A DNA stretch of 52,997 bases, counting the filler, from Catajapyx aquilonaris (taxonomy: Eukaryota), in NCBI GenBank assembly GCA_000934665.2. It is 2 parts of 2 records of this genome, joined end to end, with 100 filler letters (N's around TTAATTAATTAA, not from the genome) between each part and the next. Parts side by side here need not be neighbours in the genome. Positions count along the whole stretch, not along the records: positions 1 to 26,466 come from KZ539305.1; 1 more part is not named here. One strand, 5' to 3'. Positions 12,253 to 23,564 of the stretch are shown here, one piece after another (the stretch's first letter is position 1; the number at the start of each line of letters is the position of its first letter). The notes under the pieces were generated by a model, which saw nothing but the letters and a program-made list of their open reading frames with translations, made no database searches and was not told the origin of the DNA. Position numbers and translations under genes: made by a program.

Positions 12253-14247
12253 CTCATCCTTGGGATTCATCACTGCCTTGGGAACTGACACGGTGTGGCT
12301 GCCAACCTCCATCCCCAGAATAGATGCCGCTACTCCATCCTCGATGGTCATGGTCATAGCTGATTCTTTTCTGTCTGAGGTTGAAATTGATTCGGCCTGC
12401 AACTGCTGTTGCCCCAATGCCCTCATGGTTGGCAATAAAGCAACCAGCTCCTGATGTGTTGACATGATGGCAGGTTGGTCTGGATAGCCATGCTTGCACC
12501 GCAAACACAAGAAATCTGCCAGTGACAATGATGCTGCCATATTAGGCCCAGCAACTTCCAATATTTCTTCTAAAGTACACTGGCTCAACATTTCTTGCAG
12601 CTTTTCCTTTCGCCGTTGTGACTTCTCCTCAGGAGTTGGGTAAGCATAGCGTCCACGCCGCTTGTTCTTCATGATTGTGAGTCCATTTTGGTCTTGCTGT
12701 GAAGATTGAGGTGGGTCTTGTGTGGACTCATCAGTGTCTTGGGGTTGATTTAGGTCAGATGCAGCTTGTCGTGCTGCAGGAAAATCTGATATGGTTCCGT
12801 GATTTGGAAACATGTCAAAATGAGTTGCCATCCTGGCACGACCAAGGTAATGAGGTGCGAGACGTCGTCGTCCTTGTTCAATACCAGGTAGTACTGGGGG
12901 TAGTTCGTCTTCCTCATCCATCTCTCCCTCAGAAAATTGGAAGTCGGAATAGCCCGCATCTGAATCATCCAAATCTGGTTCGGAGAAATCCAGGTGGTGC
13001 AGACTCTTATAGTCTCGTATCATATGACGTGGCGGTCGGGACAGTCGTCCTGATCGTGTTCGAATCAGTTGCTTTTTCTTCTCCTTCTTCTCCCGTGACA
13101 GTTCTGGACCTGAAAATGTCTCCTCCTCGGGATCTGCCTCAGGTGACTTTTGGATAGATACTGACTTTGGTGGGTGGCCACCCTTGCATTTAGCTCCAGA
13201 CTGCGGTGAAATGGTGGTAGTGACATCAGCCTTATTTCGTAGATTAAGATCTGGTTTATCTTGTTGAACTACAGTGTAGATGATGCGTGTATTAGTCTCA
13301 TTGTCATGTATGACGTTGCGGCTAGGAGAGGATTGTGACTGTAAACACATATGACGATAAACTGTGGTGATCTGGTGGAGCAGCTGAGTGCTTATTGGCT
13401 GGTTGACCTGGAACACGTTTCCTTGTTGAATTAACTCAATTGGATTTTCACTGGATCCAAGAGGTTTATCAGAGTTGAAGTTCTGCACTGGGATTTTCTG
13501 GGGTGGCTCTGGGATGGTGGGTGCAGGTGTGACAACAAGGGAAACACGTGGCGGTTGAACAGCCCCTGGTGCCACTTGCGTAATTGTTGTGCGTGTAGTA
13601 TTTGCTGTTGTAGTCTGCGGCAGCTGCACAGTGCGCACCATTAATCCTTGCTGTCCTTCTGTCACTGGGGTAACAGCAGTTCCATTACTTGGCTTTGGCT
13701 GCAGCCGGCTACGCATATTCTGTGGCTGAAGCTGAGGCTGTGGCTGTGGGGGTGGCTGCTCTGGAACTTGTACCATCCCTACCTCTGGTTCTGGTTCAGA
13801 TGCAAGCTCTGTCTCCATCATAGTCTCGTCACCCTCTGCAGGTGCCTCTTCCATGTGTCGAGTCGCTTCCACATGGGCCTCACCGCCTTGCAAACCCAGA
13901 GCTGCAACTTGTTCCTGCGTCAAAGGTATGGTCTGTGAATCACCATGCTCTCCATGTATAATAGCCACGAAACTCGCCACATTTCCAGGTGACACCTGAG
14001 CATACTGGGCGGTCTGCTGGGTTTCTGCTGGAGCTGGCTCAGTTTCTTCTGTCTGCTCAGACACATCTGATGGTGTTATTGTCTCAACTACATCTTCTTC
14101 ACTTCTGGCCACCACTGCCTCACTTGCTCCTTGCAAACCCTGCTGAAGCACATCTGGGCTTATATTGCTCAGGTCGCTATCACCTCTGAGTGGAACCGCC
14201 TGTCCATTAATAAACACCAGCCTGGCATTGGGTCCAACCTCCTCCAT
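12253..14247 (-). CDS. ZNF839: ZNF839/DUF4764-family protein, large first coding exon (665 codons)
   Basis: 677-aa ORF with an in-frame upstream TAG. Motifs RTRSGRLSRPPRHMIRDYK...DDSDAGYSDF, YLGRARMATHF..FPNHG and RRKEKLQEMLSQCTLEEILEVAGP match recalled ZNF839/DUF4764 blocks. Phase-0 donor GAG|gtagat at 12252. Confidence 0.7.
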
Positions 14248-14333
14248 ATTGAGCTACAAGTTTCCGAAGTCTGATGGGTCCGCACACACTGCACTTGTCC
14301 CGCGAATCTTTTCAACTTCCCCAATCGTGATGA

Positions 14334-14700
14334 TTACATGGAGGCCGCCATGTTGGATGTGCCGTACAAGCGTTCGAAAAGTGGCGTCCCTTCTGCACGA
14401 CACAAGACACAACACAATGCACCAAACCGACACTCGATTTCAGGTAGTAATTAACAAGGGAGCTGGACGGGGTTGTTGGCGGGCTTGGCTGAACTGAATC
14501 GAGGGAGGGAAGGGAGAAGAAGTTCGGGATAGCGTCTGGCGGGAGGACAACCGGAGGCCATTTTGTTTTTATAACCGTAATTCAAGATGCTTATCCGGGA
14601 TTGGCGGGCCGTCGGAGAGGCCCCTCCCTCGGCGCTGTGACGTCACTACCCCTCGGTTGATTACGCATTTTGAATTGAACGAACGGCGGCCAACATGAAC
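14334..14700 (-). promoter_or_regulatory. CpG-rich promoter/5' region of the ZNF839-like gene
   Basis: Abrupt CpG-rich stretch just 5' of the ATG. Contains a YY1/Pho-type AACATGGCGG (14345-14354, minus), a second AAAATGGC near 14560, and a palindromic CRE TGACGTCA (14638-14645). Confidence 0.55.
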
Positions 14701-14705
14701 TGTGC

Positions 14706-15904
14706 AGTGGCGGCTGCTACGTACATTAAGTGTTGCGCCCTGATTAAAGTGCCCAATTACTCCTAGGTGGTCGAGCCGGCGTTAGGTGAGATGGCGCCCT
14801 GTGCCGTTTGACATATATTACGCCCCCCCCCCCCGNCCCCCCCCCCCCCCCGAACGTAGAAATTAAAATATACAGCAATAAGGCAGAAAATTTCGGGTTG
14901 AGGCCCATTTCATAAATCATAAGCACTAGGTGAACAATCGGTAAAAGTCGAGGAGGAAGCCCGCCGCAGGCGCAAAATTTTTGGGTTCAAGGTTACCCGA
15001 GCTTAGGTGAATGTGGGAGATTTGAATGGGTATGTATTTGATGAAATTGGTAGCACTTTTCCCCCCAAAATCATGAATTAGTAATTTATAATACTATATT
15101 TCCGGCTATTTCAAACATTTCGTGGGGGGTGGGGAGGGGGCGACCCGCCTGGGCCCCGTGCCCCCCTGCATACGCCACTAAGGATAATTCACTGCCACGG
15201 GAAAGCGGGTATAGTGCTCGTCCCGTCACTACTTTGTCTCCCTTTTCCGACGAGGAATTGCTTACTATTAATAAGCATTTAAGCGTGGAGCTCGAGGTTC
15301 GTCAGTATCGTCACAAGTAGTTAATTTTTAATTTTTAATAATAAAATGAAATATGTTACACTTTTTGTGGGTGCCCCCTGGCAGGGGGGGCCGGGGGCGC
15401 TCGTACCCTGCGCCCCCTATAAATCCGGCACTGCCTCCGACTGCTTTTTATTTACTTTTTGGAAGGGGGCGCCTTTTTGGAAGGGGCGCCTTTTTAGAAG
15501 GGGCGCCTTTTTGGAAGAGGGCGCCTTTTTGGAAGAGGGCGCCTTTTTATACGACATTTTTATATTATTTGGAAAGGGCTCATCACGCTTTTTTCGCGCC
15601 CCACACGCATCTGCGCCCTGTGCGGTAGCACTGGTCGCACACCCCTAGCGCCGGCCCTGCGAATATAGCAATTTTCTACAATAGTCCACCTGACCGAAGC
15701 AGGTTACCTTTTACCAGTGACTGACTAAACATGTTTCCATAAATGTGCGGACCCCCCACCTTCCCCACCTCCCCCCTTCTACAACTGCCCCCTTTCCAGG
15801 AAAACATACACTCTGTACGGCTGCAAAAATTGTTCAATTTACACAGAAATTTATTTTTAACAAATTTGAACCAAGGCTCGCGACCCCCAGGTTGGAAACC
15901 ACTG
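14706..15904. mobile_element. Cluster of nested hAT-type MITE fragments
   Basis: Several hAT-like ends: CAGTGGCGG (14706), TACGCCACTA (~15180), AATCCGGCACTG (~15433), GCGCCGGCCCTG (~15659), GGTTGGAAACCACTG (~15904). The block GGAGGAAGCCCGCCGCAGGCG...GCTTAGGTGAATGT is shared with ~26400-26455. Confidence 0.5.
15456..15548. repeat. Minisatellite, 5 copies of 17-18 bp TTTTTGGAAG(A/G)GGGCGCC
   Basis: Directly visible tandem units inside a MITE. Confidence 0.8.
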
Positions 15905-15907
15905 GGT

Positions 15908-16070
15908 TAAGTAGTCCGACTGCTAATCGGGAGGTCCTGGGTTCGATACCCGGGGCCGGCGCGGCGATCCTGACCATGGTTTTCTGTGGTTTCCCATGGA
16001 CCCCCCAGGATAATTCCGGGGTCGCTTCCGTATAGTAGGCACAGCCGCTTCCTTCCTTCCCTATATCCTT
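15908..16070 (+). mobile_element. tRNA-derived SINE type A, truncated copy
   Basis: GTCCGACTGCTAATCGGGAGGTCCTGGGTTCGA... and the body GGTTTTCTGTGGTTTCCCATGG are near-identical to the copy at 19635-19975. Confidence 0.75.
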
Positions 16071-16664
16071 GGCCCCATCCACGTGTGAAAGTTTCAGAAA
16101 TAATTTGCGTGGTAAAATCAGGCGCGTACCTACGCGGGGGGCGGGGGGATCAGNNNNNNNNNNNNNCCCCCCCCCCCCCCCATGAGACGTCAGCTGAGAG
16201 GAGAGTAAGAAAATTATTACTGAAGTCCAGATTATTCGAGTTGGGATCATTTTGTGAAAATATCTATCCATTTCATAGGTGCAGGATGTGGAAAATGTAG
16301 CTTTTATAGTGCCTAAATTTGCCTATTTCGTGATTTTGCGAACTATTTTGCCTATTCTGGCATTTTGCGCCTTTTTCTGCCTATTTGGCCTTTTTTGGTG
16401 ATAGTTTTTGCACTTTTTGAAGCAATTTCGGGACTTTTTGGGCCTATTCCGAACCTATTCCTTCAGAGGCATGTTTGTTTCTTACGGAGTATTTTTTGTG
16501 ATTCTGAAAGGACCAAAATCGTTCAGAAGTAATATGATCATACGAATCATGTTGCCGTGACTCGTATTCATGAGCCGAAAGGCGGTTCCAATCAAGAAAA
16601 TCTAGAGAAATATTTGGAAATATTTGGTAACATACTAATGCAAGTGGAAACGCGCTGTAAGCGG

Positions 16665-16715
16665 TGTATACAGTAGAGTCCAGAGCAAGACTTGCTCTGG
16701 ACTCTACTGTATACA
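16665..16715. repeat. Perfect 25-bp-arm palindrome (mini TA-flanked element)
   Basis: TGTATACAGTAGAGTCCAGAGCAAG-A-CTTGCTCTGGACTCTACTGTATACA. Confidence 0.9.
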
Positions 16716-17448
16716 GTAGTGATACTTGCTTGAACCCAAGTTTTGTGATTTTCTGTCAAGTTTGTCGTTGTTATTCGGTTTTTGCTCTGGTTTGTTATAC
16801 ATTATTTTATACTTTAGGCCTTTACAATTTGTGTTTCTCTTTTCGATTTTATGTAACATCCTCCATTATGCCGGAAAAATTAAAATTTTTGTGCTTATTT
16901 GAGGTTTTCTCGTGCCTATTTAAATGCTCATTTCCGGGTTTTTTCGTGCCTAAAAACTCGGACTCTAGTTATACCTTATCCGTAATGAAAAGTAATGCTT
17001 TTGGTCACTTTCTGCGTTACATTGATTGCTCTCGTATCGGATGTCCTGAGTCCTCATTCCAGAACAGCAGTATTAATTTTGTATTACATTCTTAAATCCA
17101 AAATGTATGGGTGTTCCGTAACCCCCCCCCCCCTCTCCCATTTTTTTTGGCTGGGGGGGGGGGGGCGAACCCCCCTATGAAAATCTCATAGGTACGCGCC
17201 TGGGTAAAATGGTGGTATCCCACCCCCCACCCCCACCCCCTCCCAATGGGGTAAAATAAATAAAAATAAAATAATAGTCCACCTGGTTTTGTTTTGGGGT
17301 TTTTTTTGGAGGGGGGGCAAGGAGCTACTAAAAAAGAGGCTTTGATCGAAACCCAGTGCATTGTTGCCATGCGTGGTATTTGCTGTATGAACTTGCCAAG
17401 TGTGCCTTCTTGTGTCAGCGCGGCGAGTGACCTGACCTATTCTTCTTA

Positions 17449-17735
17449 CAACCAAACTGACTCTTTTACCCTCCTAAATTGTGAAAATTTTGTGAGGTGA
17501 TATTCTACTCGTTTGCGCCACCCTAGAGCGCGATACAGTCGCGGCGCCCGGGGACCTGTGACCCGCGACCGGCTGCTAGTGTTGTGGCTTCGGCATATCG
17601 CATTTTGCCTTGTATTTTGCCGTGAAAATTAGCAGCACAGGTGATGTTTGCACAACACTATAGGCCAAGTAGAATTAGAAAATCCAAAAATTTCCAAAAT
17701 TTAGGAGGGTAAAAAGAGTTATTAGTTTGGTTGTT
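17449..17735. mobile_element. Foldback MITE
   Basis: Inverted arms CAACCAAACT..CTCTTTTACCCTCCTAAATT / AATTTAGGAGGGTAAAAAGAG..AGTTTGGTTG. Confidence 0.6.
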
Positions 17736-17756
17736 AGACAGTGCTCCTGAGACGTT

Positions 17757-18103
17757 CAATTCATGCCAAAGCCGCCTACCGATGGAGCTGCAAGTCTCGC
17801 AGGACATTCTGGACTTCGTGAACACTTATGATTGGTGACGAGTCGTGGGTCGTACGTTGTACCCTGTTCAAGTTGTTCCGTCATTTTCACGAGAAATGAA
17901 AATTCAACGGCCGCCGAGTACCCTTGGTCACTCACAGGATGACTGCCAGCGACTGACTCTCTCTGCAGGTGGGGAAAAATTCACGAATACTCCCTACCAG
18001 AGGACACCTTCTGTACTTCATTTGTGTCTGCGGAAAAAAATCACGCCGAGAACTTTTCACATTTTTCACAGGCGGTTATCACGTTTTTCTACCGAGCCCT
18101 TCG
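17757..18103 (+). mobile_element. Internally deleted mariner-like relic
   Basis: Broken reading QVSQDILDFVNT then MIGDESWV, resembling the mariner ITGDESWV first-Asp catalytic motif. No intact ORF. Confidence 0.45.
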
Positions 18104-18180
18104 TGCTGTATATAGTTTAGAGGTTTTATAATAGTTCAAGTCTTAAAGGTAAGTTTAAAGTTGACTTCGTATAAATAATC

Positions 18181-18510
18181 TATATATATTTGTATTACCT
18201 CGTGATAGGGCCAGGGGGGTGGAACACCACCATATTTTCATTCAATTTTCGTGTTTTTTTCTTCATACTCTGTGCAAGGAAGGGCATGGGGTAATAAGGA
18301 TGGGGATTTTTGGGGAGGGGGGACAGGCTGGTGCAGGTATACAATGTCTGAGAATAGGTCAGGTGCAATCCCCCTGGAGGCTAGGTTGCCAGACGCCTCC
18401 ATGGTGCGGGTCAGACGCAGGGGAAAGGGAACTCCCGGGTGGGGATCGAACTCGGGACCTTTCGCACAGAAAGCCGAGACGTTAGCATCTCGGCCACCAC
18501 GCCTCCCCAT
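18181..18510 (-). mobile_element. tRNA-derived SINE type B
   Basis: Head GGGGAGGCGTGGTGGCCGAGATG (A box) ... GAGTTCGATCCCC (B box); tail AATATGGTGGTGTTCCACCCCC..TCACGAGGTA plus TA-rich end. Homologous copy at 28204-28550. Confidence 0.75.
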
Positions 18511-19634
18511 CTCAATAATATTTTAAATGTCTCTGTAATATACCGGTATACTGACCTGACTTGACCATTCCTTGTGCTTGATCACCACTGTGAACTAGGA
18601 TTCAGAATGAAAAACAAAAGAAGATACAATCAAGAGCTGACACAATCTAATAATGAGATATTTATGCAGGCCCCCATAAGCAAAGTTTAACCCCAATATA
18701 AAGTGGAAATCCTATGCTGGCCGAATATTAACCCAATTACAGTTATTGAGCACATCTACAAGCAAGAAACAGGTTGGTAATATGCTCAGAGTTCACAGTC
18801 TGAACAGGGGGGAGAGGAGAGTGTTGATACATTATAATCACCTCTGACAATTCTTACCAAGTTGGTAGCCATCTTGCAGTATATTTATGTCAAGTTTGAT
18901 TGCAATAACAAAAAAAAAATTTACAGCGTTTGATTAAAAAAAAAAAACATCCACTTTCCTTATACATGCATCACGTAAGCGTGTGCACTACGTAGTACAA
19001 ATGCACAAAAAAGTAAAGGACCCTCGAAACCTTATACCAAGTTAGAATCTAAAATCCCCTATAAATTTACAAAATAACTCCTTTTTAAAATTATTGATTT
19101 TGCAGTGGGTCATGATAATTTTCACCACAGGTTTCTCTTATTATAGATGAAAAAGTGAATTTCAATTTTTAAATATCTGTCCTCTGATTAACCCTATATG
19201 TCTCCAGCGATCTTGACATTGTACGATCCCACATCATTATATAATATTTTTTTTAAATTCATTGGTATAACCCCGATGGAAATTTCTTTCACTATAGCCT
19301 TAGGTAACTCTTCTAGTTTCCATGTTCACCGGTATTTACGCCACCCGTGTGATATTTTTAATGGCATCACATGATAGTCCAAAGGTCTCATTCATTGTAC
19401 ACAAACACTTATGCACGAATTTAAATAAGTATAGAAAAACCCTAGCTACACTCGCATTTTTCTATGGCGCAGGCGTAGAAAACCACTTACTTCGCTCCTA
19501 TTTTCTAGACCTAGGGCCTGCAGTGCCTACTATATTTTTAATTGCTTCAGATTTATAGCCAATGATGATGCCCATCCCCCAATCATATGCATTCACCCCC
19601 ACCCATTCCTCTGTGCATTCACATATCTGTGATT

Positions 19635-19921
19635 TACCAAAGCAGGTTGGCATAGTGGATAAGGCGTCCGACTGCTAATCGGGAGGTCCTGGGTTCGAAT
19701 CCCGGGGGCCGCCGACCCTGACCGTGGTTTTCTGTGGTTTCCCATGGTCTCACCAGGAAAATTCCGGGGTCGTGTCCGTAATTATAGGCCACAGCCGCTC
19801 CTTCCAGCCCTATCCCATCCCCATATAAGAGAAGTAAAAACAAAAGTAAGAGTTCCAGATAAAAAAAATATGGTGGTATCCCACCCCCCTAAGAGGGCCA
19901 TGGCTCTAGCACGGGGTACAA

Positions 19922-19975
<54 letters not shown>
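19635..19975 (+). mobile_element. Full-length tRNA-derived SINE type A with (ATT)n tail and 12-bp TSD
   Basis: A box TGGCATAGTGG, anticodon-like loop CTGCTAA, B box GGTTCGAATCC, tail ...CACGGGGTACAA(ATT)n. TSD ATATCTGTGATT at 19623-19634 and 19976-19987. Confidence 0.85.
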
Positions 19976-19979
<4 letters not shown>

Positions 19980-20879
19980 CTGTGATTCCATACCCTGCAA
20001 TCCCACCTTTGCTTTGCATTGGCTCGTTGACGTCCAGCAAGCAACTGTGACGTTCTTCCACCCATTGCGCATGCCGGAACGGGGGCCGATCAGGGGTGTC
20101 ATGGTAACAATACATCCAGGTAACAATGGGCAGGGGCCAATCGGAACGTGGCGGTAACAACATTATGGGGGCAGACCAATGAGAGGGCTTATACACACAT
20201 CACAAGCATTTTAAAATGATAGATAGCTCCCTGTAGCATTTTTCCCTGTATGTGGACATGCAGCAGAAAACCATTTAAAAAATCCCCAAATTTCTGCGAC
20301 TTACTTTTCGTGAGCAAAAAATTCCAGATGAAATGCTCAAGGCTACTTCTGGCTACTCCCCTTCCCACGCTCCACCATGAGCCAATGGGAAGAGACCTTG
20401 CTCCTGATTGGTCTAGCCTGGTCTAGCCAACTGCTCCGAGCAGCTGCAGGCGACCAGGTGGAGACATCGAAACACTGAGTCCAGCCCCCCGCAACTTCCT
20501 ATCTAGCCATACAGGGAAGGCTGTGTGCTTAGCTGGTCTGCTAACCCCGGATGTAGAGTCCGAATACCCGGATGTAGAGCCCTGTACCAAATCGCATTCG
20601 GGGGGACGTCTCTGAACCATTCTGAGCCTACCTATATTGTCAACTCCCATCAGTCCCCGTTTGCAGATCCAACCATCAGCCACCCAAATGCGATTTGGAC
20701 CAATAAAACAATAATGTCATAACAACACATCTACCATTAATACTAGTCTTAATAACTCCCAATCAAAAAAAATTATCATTAGCTACACATAATAACCGAT
20801 AATAACAAAACCCCTACACATGCATTCGAGTGGCTGGGTCGGTAGATCTGCCAATGGGGGCTGATGGGAGTTGACCATA

Positions 20880-21204
20880 CAGTAGAGCATCAATTAACCG
20901 AATATCGATCAACCGAAACATCGGTTAACCTTTGAGTCTGCAAATTTAAATTTGCACGCCATGTAGTTCCGCTAGCAGTCACTACAACTAGTAGTGCTGT
21001 GGCTAATACCATATACTACTTTATGTGAGGTACCGGTATGTATTTTTAAGACATGTGATACAAAATATACAGTTTTGTGTTTAATATTACTGTTTCTTTG
21101 TTTATATTGCTCCTGTGACAGCGGTACAATTTTTTTCGTAAATGATAGGTTATCCGAACACCCCCAGTCCCCAATTGTTTCGGATAATAATCGATGCTCT
21201 ACTG
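20880..21204. mobile_element. Tc1/pogo-type MITE nested in an older foldback element (~20585-21240)
   Basis: TA|CAGTAGAGCATC...GATGCTCTACTG|TA. Removing it rejoins an inverted copy of ~20609-20697. Confidence 0.75.
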
Positions 21205-21563
21205 TATAGGTAGGCTCAGAAAGGTTCAGAGACGGTTGGAAAAATTGCAAACTCCCAACTTTAGAGCCCAGGTTCTCACTATACTCAGCCAACAGAAATT
21301 TAAAAACAGAGTTTCACTTTTTCATCTAATATTATGAAGAATAACTTTCAATAAAAATGATTTTGACTCACCACAAAATCAATCATGGAAGAGATCCTTT
21401 ACCCAATACAAGGTTTCAAAAGCATCATGACAATATGCATTTAGTACACAACGGTTTCTGAATATTTAGCTCCTCCAGACTTCATGAAAATACCGAAGCC
21501 AAGGTCAGCCTCTATGATCCTTCAATGGCACTACCACTACACCGAAGATTCTCCACACTGTCA

Positions 21564-21776
21564 TCATCCTGAAAATGTGAATGCTTTGCTAACAAGATCT
21601 CCACATATCTGGTGCTTATTACTCACTTCTTCCAGACCATTGTAGAGTGGTAGACATTCTGGTTGACGCTTAAACTGACCTGCATCTTCTAGAACAGCAG
21701 TTGGATAGCACTGCCAAGGGTCAGATGTTAATATCTGCCACTTTTTGAGCCTTTCCTTTAGTTGTGTCAACACTGC
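21564..21776 (-). CDS. SGSH: N-sulphoglucosamine sulphohydrolase (sulfamidase), last coding exon
   Basis: Acceptor gattccag|GCA; encodes LKKWQILTSDPWQCYPTAVLE...PECLPLYNGL, matching the SGSH C-terminus. Confidence 0.85.
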   Translation of the reverse strand, partial: AVLTQLKERLKKWQILTSDPWQCYPTAVLEDAGQFKRQPECLPLYNGLEEVSNKHQICGDLVSKAFTFSG

Positions 21777-21844
21777 CTGGAATCCAATGCTTGTAATGGT
21801 AATAGAAAACTACATTAGGCTTGCAGTTGTTGCTTTTTTCTCAC

Positions 21845-21991
21845 CTTGTATTGTGGCTCCTTTGCAACATTCACTGTCTCTTCTGTGTCATTGGCCAGGT
21901 CAAACAATTCCCATTCATCTCGGTAATAATAACTGTGAAGATTCGTGTACCAGTGCAGTGACTCATTGTTCATGGTTCGGTTAAGCAAATC
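21845..21991 (-). CDS. SGSH: Sulfamidase exon
   Basis: ttttttcag|DLLNRTMNNESLHWYTNLHSYYYRDEWELFDL...PQYK|gtgaga, 49 codons, phase 0/0. Absent from the ORF track but read manually. Confidence 0.9.
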
Positions 21992-22054
21992 CTGAAAAAA
22001 TTACACATAACACCAAAACATATCCTCTTATTATTAGCAATATTTAAATCTCAC

Positions 22055-22548
22055 TTGAAATGTCACGGATAGGTAAAAATCCTGGTCAATTGGAAAAGGC
22101 ATTAGAAATGCCATGTTATGGATCAACTTATATTGTGCAGTACGTATAGCTCTCATCGGATAGTACATGGTGATCTCATGATGAATATGACTGGCAAACA
22201 CAGCACTGTCATTTTCAGTTACTTTTCCTTGCAGCACTGGCAGAAGTGACTTGCCAGTAAGTACAGCTGGATTGCTCTTCTTTGAGATAAAGTATTGCGG
22301 ATATGGCACTTTAAACCAATCCAAAGCAGTTGGAGTCACATCCAGCAAGCTGGCCAGATGATCAGAGTGAGTGCCATTGCACCAAGAACAACCAACAGGA
22401 GAAGACACCAGAAGTGGTTCACGAATGCCTGAATCGTACAAATTTGTCCTTCCACTGGGAAATGGTATCCCATTATCTGATGAATATATGACCAAAGTGT
22501 CATTGGAAAATCCTGCTGCTTCAAGTTCTTTTAAAACAAGTCCGATGC
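22055..22548 (-). CDS. SGSH: Sulfamidase exon
   Basis: tttgcag|(G)[33 protein letters not shown]...[10 protein letters not shown]...[15 protein letters not shown]|gtgaga. Confidence 0.95.
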
Positions 22549-22610
22549 CTGCAAAGATATTATTTTGGAGAAATCAACTCTAACACATGCAAACGGATGA
22601 TATGAAATAC

Positions 22611-22849
22611 CTTGATCAAGGCGTGAAAGTGTCATGTACTGGGCAGCAAGATCCACACGTGCTGCACAAGTGTCAGGCACAAAATGTGGCACTTGCACCT
22701 CCAATGGCGAATAGTATTGGGGATGCCAATCTGGGATCAGTCCCATCCCAGGTTGCCCATTGCCAAACTTCTCACAAAAAGGGCCAAATTGAGGTTGTGT
22801 ATGGCCACAACGGTGTGGATCATGAAAGGCAACGTACAGAAGGAAGGGC
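22611..22849 (-). CDS. SGSH: Sulfamidase exon (most 5' exon present in window)
   Basis: tttttctag|(R)[31 protein letters not shown]...LSRLDQG|gtattt. The exons carrying the CSPSR active-site motif were not found before the contig end. Confidence 0.95.
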
Positions 22850-22960
22850 CTAGAAAAAAACAATAAAGCAACAGTGAATTTTTCATAATTTATCTGTGCT
22901 TTCTTGTGCATTTTGTTTGCATTTTAATATTATTACAGCATGAAGTAATGAATTTCTGAG

Positions 22961-23492
22961 AAAGGACATGGGATGCATTATATGGGAAAAGTTACGCCAG
23001 TTGGGTTCGGCTGAAACTTGGTCAGTTAATACATCTTAACCTCAGGGTCAATTGTTATGAAGGCCGAAGAAAATCTACCGTGCCGATTGGCCGCTAGAGG
23101 AGCTCAAAGTCGTAAGTTCAGGTGTCTCCTATCAGGCTCATTTTCATGTATGTTGTAGAGTTTCATGAGCTGAGTCGAATGAGCCATGTGGCGATTTTCT
23201 GTGGCAAACCATTTGGCAGTTATTGTTATGTTGCACTTACAATCCCACTTATGATCCAGCTATCCAGACCTCAAGGTCCCGTCGTTGAACTCGATTGCGC
23301 GTCTAGAGGCCAAATGGTTTGTCACAGAAAATCGCCACATGGCTCATTCGACTCAGCTCATGAAACTCTACAACATACATGAAAATGAGCCCGATAGGAG
23401 ACACCTGAAATTACGACTTTGAGTGCCTCTAGCCGCCAAACACCACGGTAGATTTTCGTCGGCCTTCAGAACAATTAATAGTAATAGTAAAA

Positions 23493-23564
<72 letters not shown>

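Noticed and set aside
19642..19715. Possible tRNA-Ser(GCT) gene
   Set aside because: No variable arm or proper acceptor stem; it runs into a SINE body, tail and TSD, so it is a SINE head. The same applies to the tRNA-like heads near 18510, 23816 and 28204.
19744..20196. Poly-Tyr/poly-Ile ORFs (also poly-Asn/poly-Leu at 23368-23700)
   Set aside because: Translations of (ATT)n SINE tails.
21564..21630. Possible extra SGSH intron at GAA|GTGAGT after NGLEE
   Set aside because: A good donor consensus exists, but no downstream exon was identified and the frame closes normally at 21564. Unresolved without RNA data.
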